Counted from the stretch's first letter, positions 1-15,480 are shown. The stretch: DNA of 64,000 nt from Octopus vulgaris (GCA_951406725.2 OX597828.1:21390001-21454000); one strand, 5' to 3'. Translations and numbers: made by a program. Notes: generated by a model from the sequence alone, not told the origin.

Positions 1-194
1 CCGGTCAAGTACGAGAGGGCCAAGGGGAGCCTTTAAGCTCCAGACATGGACTCAGGCAAAGCTGACTCCAGGTGCAATAACCTCACGCATGGGCATCGAT
101 GGCATTTTGCATGTGCAATGGCCAATCGACAGTCTTCCTTAGTTACTAGCGGAAAACTATTATCACACACACACACATGTGTATGTGTGTGGAC

Positions 195-225
<31 letters not shown>

Positions 226-285
226 TGTATGTATGTATGTATGTATGTATGTATGTGCCTGTGTGTGTAGGTATATATATATATA

Positions 286-1477
286 TAGGGGTTGGAAAAA
301 ATAATGGAAGCACTTAGCATCATAGCATCATAATTTTGAAATATCTATAAAACCGTTAAAAGCTTATTTATTTTATATGTTTTTTTTATATTCATTATTA
401 GTGTTGCTTAATATGTTTTGCTAAAATTGCTGTTTCTTTTCAGATATCATCACAAAAAAGCTAATTAAAATTCATTGAAATTAAAGATCTATCAGACTTT
501 CAAAGAGGTCAAATTGTTGGTGTTCGTATGGCAGGCACTAGCGTAACGAAAACAGCCGAAATGTTTGGTGTATCAAGAAGTACTGTCTCGAAAGTAATGA
601 CAGCCTTTGAGATAGAGGGAAAAATCCTCGCCGAAACAAAACTCCGGTAGACAACCAAAACTTTCAGATAGGGACCGTCGGACTCTTACGCGAATTGCAT
701 GTGCAAATTACTGCAGAGCTTAAGGACCACCTCGAGAACCGAGTTTCCTCAAAAACTGTCGTCGGGAGCTGCACAAAGCTGAATTTCAGGGGTGGTCTGC
801 AATCAGAAAACCACCTTCAAAAACAACGTTGCAAGGTGTTTAGAGTGGAGTAAAAACCTACAGAATTGGTTCCTAGTGCAGGGGAGGAATATAATTTTCT
901 CGGATGAGTCATCCTTTACCCTTTTTCCAACCACCGTCCGAGTATACGTTTGGAAACAGCCAAATGAAGCATTTGATCCAGATTACATTCTTCCAACTGT
1001 TAAACATGGAGGAGGATCTGTGATGATCTGGGGTGGGGGTGGGGTGGCCTATATCTTGGAAAACTACCGGCCCAATGGTTTCCCTTCACGGGAGAATTAA
1101 CAGTCAAGACTATTTAAGCGTTTTATCTTATCAAGTTCATCCTATTGTTGCGGGACTGCTTCCGGAGGGAAACGCATTCTAGTGATGTTGAACATCTTAT
1201 CTGGCCACCACAGTCTCCAGATCACAATATTATTGAACATTTATGGTGCATTTTAGAAAAACAAGTAAGGAGTTGATATCCTCCACCATCATCACTACAA
1301 GAACTGGAGATTGTTTTAGCTGAAGATTGGACAAAAATTCCTTTGGACGCAATTCAAACTTTGTACGAGTCCATACCTCGTAGAATTCAAGCTGTAATTA
1401 CTGCCAAAGCGGTTCTACCCTATAGTACAATATTGTTTGAAATTTTAAGGTGTTTCCATTGTTTTGTCCAACCCCTG
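286..1477 (+). mobile_element. Tc1-family DNA transposon, decayed, both TIRs present
   Basis: The TIRs are tAGGGGTTGGAAAAAATAATGGAAGCAC (286) and GTGTTTCCATTGTTTTGTCCAACCCCTG (ends 1477), with TA on both flanks. Transposase remnants include DLSDFQRGQIVG..GVSRSTVS (HTH), [20 protein letters not shown] and WPPQSPDHNIIEHLW. There are stops and frameshifts, and the second catalytic D region (QDDNA) appears deleted near 1175. Confidence 0.93.
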
Positions 1478-1508
1478 TATATATATATATATATATATAT
1501 TATATATG

Positions 1509-1567
<59 letters not shown>

Positions 1568-2918
1568 TCATAAGTAACGAACCTAGAGAGAGCGGGATTA
1601 ACATGTAGAAGCATAATCTTTTTAAATAATCGAGTACTGTTAATGCGATATCAGTGGTTTCATACGCGGAAATTCGCAATTATTCAATGGTAATTTGAAT
1701 AATACTGGTATCTTAGTCATCTCGTCCCACTATGTATGTATATATGTATGTATGTACGAAGCGCGTCTGCAAAATTCTGACCCTCTAGCAAATTCACTGG
1801 AACCGCCTGGCTGTGCGACCGAACTCCTTAACCAAACAGCTACGCTTGTGATTATAACAGAATTCTTTTCCAGTTATGATTTCTTTTATTCCTCAATGCC
1901 CGAATATGAAAACTAAACAAACAAACAAATCGAAAACAAAACGAAGATATTGCAAATGAAAGATGTCATCAGTCTGAACCGATCAGTGACATTGTTTTAA
2001 CTTGTTACTCTTTTTATCTGTCTAAAGCTTTATTGATTTATTTACCTTTTCTTTTGTCTTATTTTATCGCTGGAATTTAAAAAAAATTTATTCTAGTTTT
2101 CTTCATTCTTTCTTTCCATTTTATCTTTTTTTTTTTTTTGTAAATGACAAATTATGTTATGAAATATTCGCTTGTCTCAAGAAGACTCGGACAACTTCCT
2201 TTCTGTCCTGTATAAATGAATTTCCCTCATAAATTTCTAATGGACTTCTAACAAGTTAATTAGTCGAAGAATCTTTTATGTGAAGCCACACTGTATTTCG
2301 TCTCTTATCTCTTTATTTGTTTATATTTGTCTTTTTCTCTCTATTTTCAGTTTTTGTTTTCTCTTCTTCGTTTTTCCAGTTCTCCGTTTAGTACGTATAT
2401 TATATTATCTCAACGGATATTTATGGCGAACCTAGCCAGTAATGTAGGCTAAGAAACCACAGGACGAGCCACTACGAGGCTACAAAATATACTAGAAATA
2501 GCAACAGCACAGCAAAAACCTCTCTTCAAATCACACTTTACAACAGTGGATTCCTTTGATTCCTGTTTCATTCAACTGGATCCCGAAGTTGAAAAAAAAT
2601 CTTTTTATATTTTTCATAATGAAATATTATTAGGAATTGTATGAAAAAAATTGTTAAAATATTTTATTATCTGTAGAAGCGTAAGCAATTCATTTTTCAA
2701 AAATTTTAACAAAGAAAAAAAAAATTCTTATATGGACCATGTAGGGCCATATGCCAGATCCGGTTTAGAACCACTGATTTCCAATCTTAACACAAAAAAG
2801 GGCTGCATATATTCGATATTCTATCATTCTCTAATTACTTTAGCATGGCTTTAGCCAGAGGCTGTAGCCATGCTAGGGCACTGCCAACAGGCAGTGTGAA
2901 TCGGTAAAATACAATTAA

Positions 2919-3151
2919 AGGTGGTGGGCTGGCAGAAACGTTAGCACGCCGTGCGAAATGCGTAGCCGTATTTCGTCTATCGCTACGTTCTGAGTTCAAA
3001 TTCCGCCGAGGTCGACTTTGCCTTTCATCCTTTCGGGGTCGATTAAATAAGTACCAGTTACGCTCTGGGGTCGATATAATCGACTTAATCCGTTTGTCTG
3101 TCCTTGTTTGTCCTCTCTGTGTTTAGCCCCTTGTGGGTAGTAAAGAAATAG
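2919..3151 (+). mobile_element. SINE family A (tRNA-like head), full length, tail type 1
   Basis: B-box GAGTTCAAATT, body GGTCGACTTTGCCTTTCATCC, and 3' end TAAAGAAATAG. A 16-bp direct repeat GGTAAAATACAATTAA flanks it at 2903-2918 and 3151-3166. Several other copies occur in the window. Confidence 0.9.
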
Positions 3152-3725
3152 GTAAAATACAATTAATCGGCATGTAAGATCTCACACTCGTTACTTACAC
3201 ACGGAACGATAGAACTCAACGACTACGCCTCCTTTCATACCAATTTCTTTCATTGATACTCTCCCATATTCTTCGATATTCTTCAATAAGGTATTTTCTC
3301 AACCATAAATATTTTGGTTAAAACATTTAGAAGGTAATATCATGGCTGGAATGCCTATGATCATAGATCAGGTGTATGAAGGAAGCCTCGAGGTGGTCAT
3401 TTGAAGGTGATAAAATTAGCAATTTTAATCTAGCGCAAATCTCGTCCTGCATTTAAAAACAAAACAAAACAACAGAGCAATGAAAGACACATGTTGGACA
3501 ATGGAGTTTTGGATCCTTGTATATAGAAAAACGACAGGATGGTCATCACCGGAACATCTTTGATCATAAGTTGACGGAAGGTAAAAAAAAATACCAACAA
3601 ATATATATATATATATATAAATTTGTTGTTTGTGTCTATCTCTCTGTGTCTGAGGGTGTAAATATTTATGCGTGCATATACATATACATGCATAAATATT
3701 TATAATGTATATGTATGTATATATG

Positions 3726-3816
<91 letters not shown>

Positions 3817-3833
3817 CACACACACGTATTTTT

Positions 3834-3879
<46 letters not shown>

Positions 3880-4051
3880 GATTCAAGGAATCATGTGGCT
3901 GTCACAGAAAGCTCTTCTAACGGACTCGGCTATCAGTAATCTATTACAAAGAAGTGTAATTTAAAATGTCCAAGTAACTGAAAATTCAAGCAATCTGTGT
4001 GATAAAATTATTTCAAGAGGTCTATATGAAAATATATAATCTGTAGAAGTG

Positions 4052-4103
<52 letters not shown>

Positions 4104-4435
4104 AGTGTGTATATATGTATATGTTTGTATGCGTGTATCTTTATGTTCCTCTATTTATGTGTTAATGTGTATGTGTGTTTGTATGTGTATTCTTTCTGTG
4201 TTTCAGTATCTTAATCTATCTCTGCCGGTCTCTATACTTGCTTTTCTTAATCTCTTTCTTTCTCTCTCTCTCTCTCTTGCTTCCTCTCTCTCTCTCTTGC
4301 TTCCCCCCCTCTCTCTCTCTCTCTTTCTCAATCGGTCTTTCTCCTCTTAGGAAGACAGTAACTTCCGTTTTCTTTTAGTTCAAGCCTTCCTCACACTCTC
4401 ATTCTCTTCCTCTTCCTTTCACACCCTCGGTCTCC

Positions 4436-4470
<35 letters not shown>

Positions 4471-5049
4471 CTCTCTTTCACAATCGTTTTCGCCTTGTCC
4501 CAGCATGTTTCTCTTATATTTCACTCTTGCTTTCTTTGCCTCCCTTCTCCTTCCCTATATATCTTTATCAAGCAAACAACCTCCTACTCCTCCAAACCTC
4601 CTACTCTCTATCCATCTCTCCTCCTAATTTCAATCTCTCAGCGCTACTCCTTCCTCTCCTTTCCTCAGTCACGGTAAGTGCCATTTTGTATTCAATACTA
4701 CACCAATTTCCATGTCGTATGTATCAATTTAATACCAGTAAATAAATAAATGATTAAAATAGAAAAGAAAAGAACTAAAAAAATAAGTTGCATTACTCCG
4801 AGTTTTTACGTCAAATTCCCCAAACAAACGTCAGGATTTTAGGATTTCCAAATAAAAATATTCAAACCATGTTCCCAGTAAAATATCGTTATAGAAATTT
4901 TGTGTTTTACTTTTTCACATTAGTCGAAATAATAGTAAGATTAACGGTGAAAAAATAGATTGGTAATAGCAGACGATATGTATATTTGCAGTACGTACAT
5001 ACATACATAAATACATACTTTCATGCATACATATATTCATATGTATACG

Positions 5050-5067
5050 CATATTTACATGTGTGTA

Positions 5068-5101
<34 letters not shown>

Positions 5102-5180
5102 CATGTTCATATATACACTTATATAGTGAGGGAGAAAGAAGTGAGATGAGAGTGACATATTTTACACATATATTTATAAG

Positions 5181-5213
<33 letters not shown>

Positions 5214-5238
5214 ATGTATATGTCTATGTATATGTATG

Positions 5239-5303
<65 letters not shown>

Positions 5304-5655
5304 GCATATGTATATGTCCGTATGTGTGTGTATATATATATATATACATATATACAGTACATATATGTATGTGTGTGTGATTGTGTGTGTATATATATAT
5401 ATATATGCATACATATATGTGTGTGTGCGCGCGCATATATATGAAGGAGTGAGAGAGATAATGAGGGAAAATAAAGATAGAAAGAGGGAGAGAGAGAGGA
5501 AGAGGAGAAGAGAGAGATCGAGAGGTTGAATGCGAAAGAGAAAAGTGTAAGAGAGAGAAAGCGAAAGAGAGAGGCGGAGAGAGTGAGAGAGAGAGAGAGA
5601 CTGAGAGATTGAGAGAGAGAGAGAGTGAGAGATATATAGATAGATAGATAGATAG

Positions 5656-5722
<67 letters not shown>
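5050..5722. repeat. Compound (CA/TA/GA/GATA)n microsatellites
   Basis: Seen directly in the sequence. Confidence 0.95.
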
Positions 5723-5724
<2 letters not shown>

Positions 5725-5959
5725 CATGAACCAAAGCTGGAAGTTTCGGTAGTATCTGATTTATAATACAGTTACTTCATGTTTTGAACTGTTTAACATT
5801 GTTGTTATTGTTGTTGTTGTTGTTTCTGATGTGTTCGTTATCGTCGTTGTTGTCACGTTCATTGACATGTTATCGTTAAATCTGTTGGCGTTGGTGTTGT
5901 TGTTGTTGTTGCTGCTGTTGCAGATGTTGGCGTCGTTACTTGTCGCGTTTGTTGTAGTT

Positions 5960-6101
5960 CACGTTCATCATCATCATCGTCATCATCATCAACGTCGACA
6001 TCATCGTCGTCGTCATCATCATCATCATCATCATCATCATCAACATCATCATTCATCATCATCATTCATCATCATCATCATCATCATCATCGACATCATC
6101 A

Positions 6102-6144
<43 letters not shown>

Positions 6145-6204
6145 ACATCATCATTCATCATCATTCATCATCATCATCATCATCATCATCATCGTCATCA
6201 TCAT

Positions 6205-6235
<31 letters not shown>

Positions 6236-6248
6236 CATCATCATCAAT

Positions 6249-6293
<45 letters not shown>

Positions 6294-6386
6294 CATCATC
6301 ATCATTCATCATCATTCATCATCATCATCATCATCATCATCGTCATCATCATCATCATCGTTCATCATCATCATCATCATCATCAT

Positions 6387-6417
<31 letters not shown>

Positions 6418-6452
6418 CATCATCATCATCATCATCATCCTCATCATCATCA

Positions 6453-6510
<58 letters not shown>

Positions 6511-7001
6511 ACACCACTATTCAGATTCTGGTGTTCCTGTTGTCGCCGCGTCCATTGACATTAGGATAAACCACCATGAATAACACTAGCACTGCCACCA
6601 CTGCCACCGTCATCTCGACCCCACTTCGTCGTCGTCATCATCATCATCATCATCATCGCCATCATCATCGCCATCGTCTTCATCGTCATCATCGTCATCA
6701 TGATCATGATCATCGTCATCATCGTCATTATCATCATCCTCATCATCGTCGTCATCATTGACATCGTCGTCGTCGCCGTTGTCATCATCATCATCATCGT
6801 CAGCATCCATCATCATCCTCAACATCGCCGTCGTTGTCGTTGTCAACATCATCACCATCATCGTAATCATCGTCATCATCATCATCATCCTCTTCGTCGT
6901 CGTCGTCGTCATCATCATCGTCATTGTCGTCACTATCATCATCATCATCATCATCACTGCCATCGCCGTCGCCGTAGTCTTCGTCGTCGTCGTCGTCGTC
7001 G

Positions 7002-7051
<50 letters not shown>

Positions 7052-8000
7052 GTCTTCCTTTACATTCTGCTCCAAATTCTATAATTGTCTAATGCTTTCA
7101 TCTTATGAGAATCGTTATATTTCTCTTTCTTATAATATATTCTTTCCTTCTGTTTTCGTTCTTCTATTCCTTTTTCCCTCTTCCTTCCTCTTTTCTTTCC
7201 TTCTTACCTTTCACTTCTTCCCTTTTGTACTCCACCCATATTCACAAACCTTACTGTTCTTTTTCTTCTCTCTATTTTCACCTGACTTCCTTCCCGTTCT
7301 CGCGCTCCTTCATGTTTTCATTCTGTCGTCCTCTTTCACCCTCTTCTTAAATGTCCCTCATAAACCTCTTCCACCTCTTCCTTACACTTTCTTCTTCTTC
7401 TTCTTCTTCTTCTTCTTCTTCTTCTTCTTCTTCCTATTCCTTCTCTTCTTCTTCTTCTTCTTCTTCTTCTTCCTCCTCCTTCTCTTCTTCTTTTCCTCTT
7501 CCTCCTCCTCCTCTTCGTCTTCTTCTTCTTCTTCTTCTTCTTCTTCTTCTTCTTCGTCTTCGTCTTCGTCTTCTTCTTCTTCTTCTTCTTCTTCTTCTTC
7601 CTCCTCCTCTTCTTCGTCTTCTTCTTCTGCTTCTTCTTCTTCTTCTTCTTCTTCTTCTTCTTCTTCTTCCTCCTTCTCCTCCTCCTCCTCCTCCTCCTCC
7701 TCTTCTTCTTCCTCCTCCTCCTCCTCCTCCTCCTCCTTATCCTCCTTCTCTTCCTCCTCCTCCTCCTCATTACCCCCTTGAATTCGTACCTACCTCCTCA
7801 CTAGTCTCCTCCACTTCGTCGTTTTTATTCCAGTACACGATAACCAATCTATTTACTGACATCAATTAAGAGAAAGAGAGGAAAAGAAAGTGGTAGGGAT
7901 GTCGAATCCCTCTTTTTCACCCAACTACCATTTCAAAACCAATAAACTACATCACCATCAACAACAGCAGCAACAACAGCAGCAACAACAGCAGCAACAA

Positions 8001-8032
<32 letters not shown>

Positions 8033-8100
8033 GCAACGACGACAACAACAACAGCAACAACAATAACAACAACAGCAGCAGCAACAGCAAGAACAACAAC
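5960..8100. repeat. Trinucleotide blocks: (CAT/CGT)n, then (CTT/CCT)n, then (CAA/CAG)n
   Basis: Seen directly. These produce the poly-H/I/S/F pseudo-ORFs in the track. Confidence 0.95.
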
Positions 8101-8767
8101 AATACAAACACAAATTGAAAAAAATAATAAAACATTATAAACGAATAAAAATGATCTTTGGAAAAAATGCAAATACATAACGATAATAAAAAATAGAAAA
8201 CAACACTAAAAAAATTACAATAAAATAATAAAAGCCCCCAAATATGAGATAAAAATATTTAAAATAAGTATAAATATATATGTATGTATATTGATAAAAA
8301 AAAACAAATGATCGATATTGACCGAAATCCGCACCATCAACAAAATGAAGAATATATAAATAGATCGATATGTAATTAAAAAAAAGTGTTTAAAATCGAA
8401 TTAGAATAATAATAAAATAAAATGTCAGCAAAATATAATTAAAAATATTAATTAAAATAATTAGTAGAAATAAAATTGATTTTTAATAGGCACAAAGTAA
8501 TGAAAGGGCAACAGTAATTTAATCAACCCCAGTATTTAACTGGTACATTATATTGTTGAACGAAATTGAACGAGACAGGAAAAAACTAAAATATGTCGAT
8601 AAATGATTAAACTTTATGTTTATAATATGAAAAACGAAAATAAAATAAATTTAAACAAAATCTAATAATAATGATGATAATTAAAAAAAATATAACTGAA
8701 ATAATAATCTAAAATATGATAATATTAATAATGATGATGATGATAATAAAAATAATTGTAATAAATG

Positions 8768-8844
<77 letters not shown>

Positions 8845-8885
8845 TATAATGATAATAATAATAATTATAATTATAATAATAATAA

Positions 8886-9427
8886 ATGCCCTGATGCAGT
8901 ACCAGACAGTGACTCTCATGGTTTCTGATTGGAAGTGTTATCAAGTACATTGTTTTGTCTTGGTTTAAAAGATGGGCTACAGCAAATATTCTCAATATCA
9001 CAAATTTGCTTATCAGTTATTTGGCCTTAACCAGTTGAGCATGTCCCTTAGTGGTTGACTATATGTGCATCTCTGATCACGCGTAGAAGTAGTGGGGTAG
9101 CATTATAACCATGTGTCGAGAGGAAATCTTTGGGGTTTGAATAATTCACCTTTGGAAACATAGGTGTTTCAATATCCTTAAACAACCCTTATTCAGGGGC
9201 CTATTGAGTGGGAAGGGCTACTCGACCCGAAGAAATTATAACTGGGACGGAAGAAAATTATAACCTGCTTATCTTGATATGAAATCACTATGTGGCGCAC
9301 ATATCGTTATGATGCATGTGCCTGGTATATCCTTATCAGACGGGTAGTCATGATGGGTGTACTGGGCTTTGTATATTTTACTTTACTGTCACTTTGCTAG
9401 CATGCACTGTTCTCTCACTCAATAATA
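8886..9427 (+). mobile_element. ~540-bp non-coding interspersed element embedded in (AAT)n
   Basis: A unique-looking block starts TGCCCTGATGCAGTACCAG right after a long (AAT)n run and ends CTCTCACTCAATAATA. I recall it as a common octopus repeat. Only one copy is present here. Confidence 0.55.
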
Positions 9428-9594
9428 CCACCACCACCACCACTATCGTCACCACCACCACCGTCACCACCACCACCACCACCACCACCAACGCCACCAC
9501 CAACACCTCCACCAACGCCACCACCAGCGCCTTTGGTAGACGAGTAAACTTTGTACTTTCTGCCGAGAAATATTTCCTAAATTTCATCATTTAA

Positions 9595-10035
9595 TTTCAA
9601 GACGATGTTACTCCCACCTAGTTATACCCTCGTCATCTCCCATACAGCTCTGTGTGATTCCCTTTCGTTGTGTTGGCCCTTACCAAACCGGCTGTGGTTT
9701 TTGCTACATCTGGTTATATTTAGAGAGACAGATAGGCAGATAGATAGATAAACAGATAGACAGACAAATAGATGAATAGCTATATAGATAGAAAGACAGA
9801 TGGCTTTGAATACAACAATTTCCGTCCGTCTATGAATATATATGTCGTTGGTACTTTCATCGGATGTATATGTTTTCTATTACTTTCAGATTGGTACTCT
9901 TTCTATTTCATTTGAAGACGATGTAGTTTACACCTACTGAAACCTTCGCCGGCTTCCATACGTTTCATATATATCGCTTTCGTTTTGTTGGCCCCCAGTA
10001 AAACGGCTCTGATTTTCGCGTCATCTGATTATATA
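9595..10035. repeat. Diverged ~125-bp direct repeat, two copies (~9595-9720 and ~9911-10035)
   Basis: Shared anchors: AAGACGATGT, CACCTA, TCCATAC, CTTTCGTT.TGTTGGCCC, AAA.CGGCT and CATCTG.TTATAT. Confidence 0.7.
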
Positions 10036-10120
10036 CATACAAATCTAGCTAGATAGGTAGATAGATAGGTAGAGACCCATTTTGAAAGGTTACATTAATT
10101 TTCTTTAGAGAAATCTTACA

Positions 10121-10216
<96 letters not shown>

Positions 10217-10996
10217 ACACTTTAGAACACAATAGAAGAGAATACAATACCGTATAATACAGTGCAATATCGTTCTATATAATACAATATGATACGATAC
10301 AATAATGCAGAATAATAGGGTAACACTTCCAGGATACAATGGAAAATATCATTTAGGAAATATGAGAATAAAAATTATTTTATGCAAGGATTATCAAAAT
10401 AAGATACCGTTTAAAAAGTGTAAGAGAGTCATAGAGACACCTAAGTTCAAATGCTATCTCTGTTACAATCATACATAGATATACACACACGCGCGCATAC
10501 ATATGCACACACGCATACATATGCACATACATACACATACTCACATGCAGACATATGCCCACACATGCATACATATGCATACATATGCACACACATACAC
10601 GTACTCACATGCAGACACACCGCATACATATAAATACATTTGCTTGTTCCCACACATATAGTGGTGGCATTGTACACACACACACACACACACGCATGAA
10701 TACAAATAGATACGCACATATATATAAGTATATATGTATATATAATATATATATATATATATACATAAATAAATTTACACACGTATCTGTACATATATGT
10801 AAAGATCTCTCTCTCTCTGTCTCACTCACTCACTATCTCTCTCTATATTTTTATATGTATGTATATACTTACATACATGTATATATGTGCACATATATGC
10901 ATAAAATTATTCACTTATTTTTATACATGTATATATGTATGCTCATATACATACATGTATATGTCTACCTATATAACTAAACTATATATCTCTCTT

Positions 10997-11104
<108 letters not shown>

Positions 11105-11309
11105 CCTACCTCACTACCTATATAATAGTAAATAGATTTGAAAGACGGTGTAATATGCATTTTTTTTTACACGAATAGAGGAGATGCTTATATATTCATG
11201 AACATGTCGAGAAAATAACAACGGGAAGCTTCTTGTTTCTTCACTTTTTAAACTCATCTCATTTGTCTCTTATTCTTCCTTATTTTTCTTTCTCAGTTGC
11301 TCTTGTTTT

Positions 11310-11364
11310 CAATCATCATCCTCATCATTATCATCATCATGATCATCATCATAATCATCATCAT

Positions 11365-11395
<31 letters not shown>

Positions 11396-11434
11396 GTCAC
11401 CATCATCATCGTCGTCATCATCATCAGCATCATC

Positions 11435-11487
<53 letters not shown>

Positions 11488-11493
11488 TATCAT

Positions 11494-11537
<44 letters not shown>

Positions 11538-13740
11538 CCACCACCACCATTAACGATATAATCCCCTTCCTCCTCTTCCTGCTCCCCTCCCTGCTTCTGC
11601 TCTTCCTTGTTATCGTAACCACAGTTATCATCATAATTCTCTTCCGCCCCAGCATCATCATCGTCATTCTCATCATGACTATCGTCTTTTCCTCCTATTT
11701 CCCTTCTTCTTCTTCTTCTTCTTCTTCTTCTTCTTCTTCTTCTTCTTCTTCTTCTTCTTCTTCTTCTTCTTCTTCTTCTTCTTCTTCTTCTTCTTCTTCT
11801 TCTTCTTCTTCTTCCTCGCCGTCGTTGTCGTCATGCTCCCCTCCTCACCTCCCTCCTCACCATCATCATCCTCATCATCCCTACTATCCTTCCCCCACCA
11901 CCATCACGGTCACGATCACGATCTTCATGATGAGGATAATAATGGTGATTATGATCTTCTTCTTCTTCTTCTTCTTCTTCTTCTTCTTCTTCTTCTTCTT
12001 CTTCTTCTTCTTCCTCCTCCTCCTCCTTCATTTTCTTCTTGATCCAGCTTAACAGTAAACGCCAGAGACACATTAATATGGAAGCCATATACTACCACCA
12101 CCATCGCCGCCAGTGCCATCTCCTCCACCACTACCACTACCATCACCACAAGCAGAAAAACTACCACAGCATCAACAATAGCAGCAACAACAACAAAAAG
12201 AACAACGACGGCAATAAAAACTGCAATAGCAACAGTAACAGCGACAACAAAATTGCAATAGCAACAACAACAACTACAAAACAGTAATAACGATGACAAC
12301 AACTGTAAAAGCAACAAGAAAGTAAAAAATAAAAACTGCAATAGCAGCAACAGCAAGAAAAACTGCATTAGCAACATCAGCAAACTTCAAAAAACTACAA
12401 AAGCAACACCAACAAAACACAAAATCTGCAATAGCAACATCACCACCACCAACAACACTATCATCAGCAACACCACCACCAACACCATCACCACCAACTA
12501 GAAAGAAAAACTGCAATAGCAACAATAACAACAACTACAACAACAAAACCTGCAATCGCACCAGCAAGAAAGCAAAAACGGCAGTATAAAAAACAACTGC
12601 AATAGCAGCAAAAAAGAAAACAAACAAAAACTACAATAGCAACAACAAAAAACAAATAGAAATTGCAATAGCAACAACAGAAAAAACAACGAACATTTCC
12701 AAACCAACTACAACAAAATTAAAAAACGTAAATCGTAATAGCAACAAGAACGACAAGAGAATTTACAATAACAACATGAAAAAGAAATAACCAAAACTGC
12801 AATAGCAACTACAACAAAATCAAAAAGTGTAATAGCAAAAACAGCCACAAGAAAAACTGCAATAGCAACAATAGCGACAGCGAGCAAAAATGCATTTGCG
12901 ACAACAAAAGCAGAAAACAAAACAAAAATTGTATTAGCAACAACAGCAAAAACTACAATAGTGGTAATAAACTCCCTCCAAAAAACTGCATCAACAACAA
13001 CAGCAAAAGCAAAAAGCAGGAAAGACAATAGCAACTATAACAACAACAACAAAAACTGCAACAGCGACAACAACAGCAGCAGTGTCAGCAACAAATCTTT
13101 AGCAGCGAGAACAACAACAACGGTAACAACAACAGCAACAAAAACTGCAACGACAACAGCAACAAAAACTGCAACAACAACAGCAACAAAAACTGCAACA
13201 ACACCAGCAACATCAACAGCAATAATAACAGCAAAAAAACTGGAACAACATCAGCAACAAAATCTGCAACAACAACAGCAACAAGAACTGCAACAATGAT
13301 AGCACCAAAACTGCAACAAGAGCAACAAAAACTGCAACAAAAACTGCAACAACAGCAACAAAAACTGCAACTATAACAGCGAAAAAACCGCAACATGAAT
13401 AGTAGGAAAAACTGCAAAACCAGCTGCAACAAAAACTGCAGCAATAACAGCAACAAAACTGCAACAATAATAGCCGAAAAAACTGCAACAACAACAGCAG
13501 CAACAACCGCAACAAGAGCAACAAAACTGCAACCACATCAGCATCAAAATCTGAAACAACAGCAACAGAAACTGCAACAACAATAGCAACAACATCTGCA
13601 ACAACGACAACAACAACAAAATCTGCAACAACAAAAAACTGTAACTGTAACTGCAACAAAAACTGCAACAAGAACTACAACAAAAGCTGCAAGAACAGTT
13701 GCAACAGCGACAACAACTACAAGAACCACAAAAGTGACAA
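11310..13740. repeat. (CAT)n and (CTT)n, then ~1.5 kb of CAA-rich cryptic repeat with a recurring AAAACTGCAA motif
   Basis: Seen directly in the sequence. Confidence 0.9.
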
Positions 13741-13999
13741 GAACATAATCATTTGTTAATTGTTATGCTAATACCAATATGTAAATGACTTCACTGTTGG
13801 GTCTCAAGTAACAACTATTTTCTGCAGAGTTTGGTTTCCAGATTGTCATTCAGAATTACTGCAACAGATTCCAACGAGAATTCTAACGAGGACGAAACAA
13901 AATCTCTCGATCCATTGTGCTTGTCTGTCTGTTACCTTGCCTGTCTGTGTATTCGTCTGTCTGTCTTTTCTCTCTCTCTCTCTTTGTCCATCTGTTTGT

Positions 14000-14101
<102 letters not shown>

Positions 14102-14159
14102 GTCTGTCTGTCTATCTATATATCTGTCTATATGTCTGTCTGTCAGTCAGTCAGTCTGA

Positions 14160-14211
<52 letters not shown>

Positions 14212-14309
14212 GTATTATGTATGTATGTATGTATTATATGTGTATATCTCTCTGTCTGTCTATCTAGCTATCCATCTACCTGTCTGTCTATCTGTCTATC
14301 TGTCTATAT

Positions 14310-14649
14310 GAGCATAATCCTATGAACCCGGAAACATTTAAAACAGAGAGTTACTTACTTGCAAATAAATGTGTTAACATGTGACATTATTGACCGAGGT
14401 TACCGTGGTCTTTTCCGTAGGCTTTTCTTTCTATAGATAAACCTTATCTGTTTCCCTTAACACTTTACATCATGACATTTCAGTGATACACAATCCCTAT
14501 TGATCGTTTATTTTTATTTTGTTTACGATCCCTTTTGATCGAAAACCTACACCCTTTTTTTCTTTTCCCTTTTTTTTCTCCCCAAAAAGAAAAGCTCTTC
14601 TTTGTAATTTGTCCCCTCTGTGTTCAGTCCCGTGTGGCTAATAAAGAAA
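14310..14649 (+). mobile_element. Retroelement 3' end (LINE 3'UTR-like) abutting (TATC)n
   Basis: Homologous to 26941-27205 on the opposite strand through GTGACATTATTG.CCGAGGTTAC.GTGGTCTTT. It ends TTTGTCCCCTCTGTGTTCAG..GTGTGGCTAATAAAGAAA. Confidence 0.7.
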
Positions 14650-14651
14650 CA

Positions 14652-14740
<89 letters not shown>

Positions 14741-15356
14741 CTATCTGTCTGTCTGTCCGTCCGTCTACTGTCTGTCTGTCTGTCTGTCTATCTCTCTCTC
14801 TGTCTCTCTCTGTCTCTCTCTCTCCATCTATCTATCTATCTATCAATCTACCTATCTGTCAGTCAGTCTGTCTGTCTGTCTGACTGTATGTCTATGTATT
14901 ATGTATGTGTGTATGTATGCATCTGTCTTACTATCTACCTATATTCTTCTCTCTTCTCATTCTCTCTCTCTAGCGTATGAAGTATATATGTGCATGTAAT
15001 AGTGCATATACATGTGTGTTTGTGTGCATTTATGTGTGTGTGTAAGTGTAAACAATATACATATTGCCATTGGTTGTATATATTGTTTGTCAGAGTGTAA
15101 TTATCATCAAATAAAACATTTATCTCGTCAATTAAAATTCCAGGTTTTTGTTAATTAATTTTTTTCGAAAATTTCCTCTTCACCTGCAACAATATAGAAG
15201 AACAAAAACAACAACATGCGCTGGAAAGAGAAAAACACCCCCCCCACCACCACCACCACGAAAGCTTTCTTCACCACCACCAACACCATCACCTATTAAT
15301 ATTGTTGCTACTACTCCTATTATAACCATCACCTCTACCATCACAACTGCAACACC

Positions 15357-15408
<52 letters not shown>

Positions 15409-15480
15409 AGCTGCTGCTACTGCTGCTGCTACTGCTGCTGCTACTATTGAAAAATAGGAAGAAATTTAAGTATAGAAATT

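Noticed and set aside
13829-13920. Possible host exon after TTTTCTGCAG (SLVSRLSFRITATDSNEN..; ITATD is cadherin-like)
   Set aside because: It is too short, has no clear donor or partner exons, and has no other cadherin motifs.
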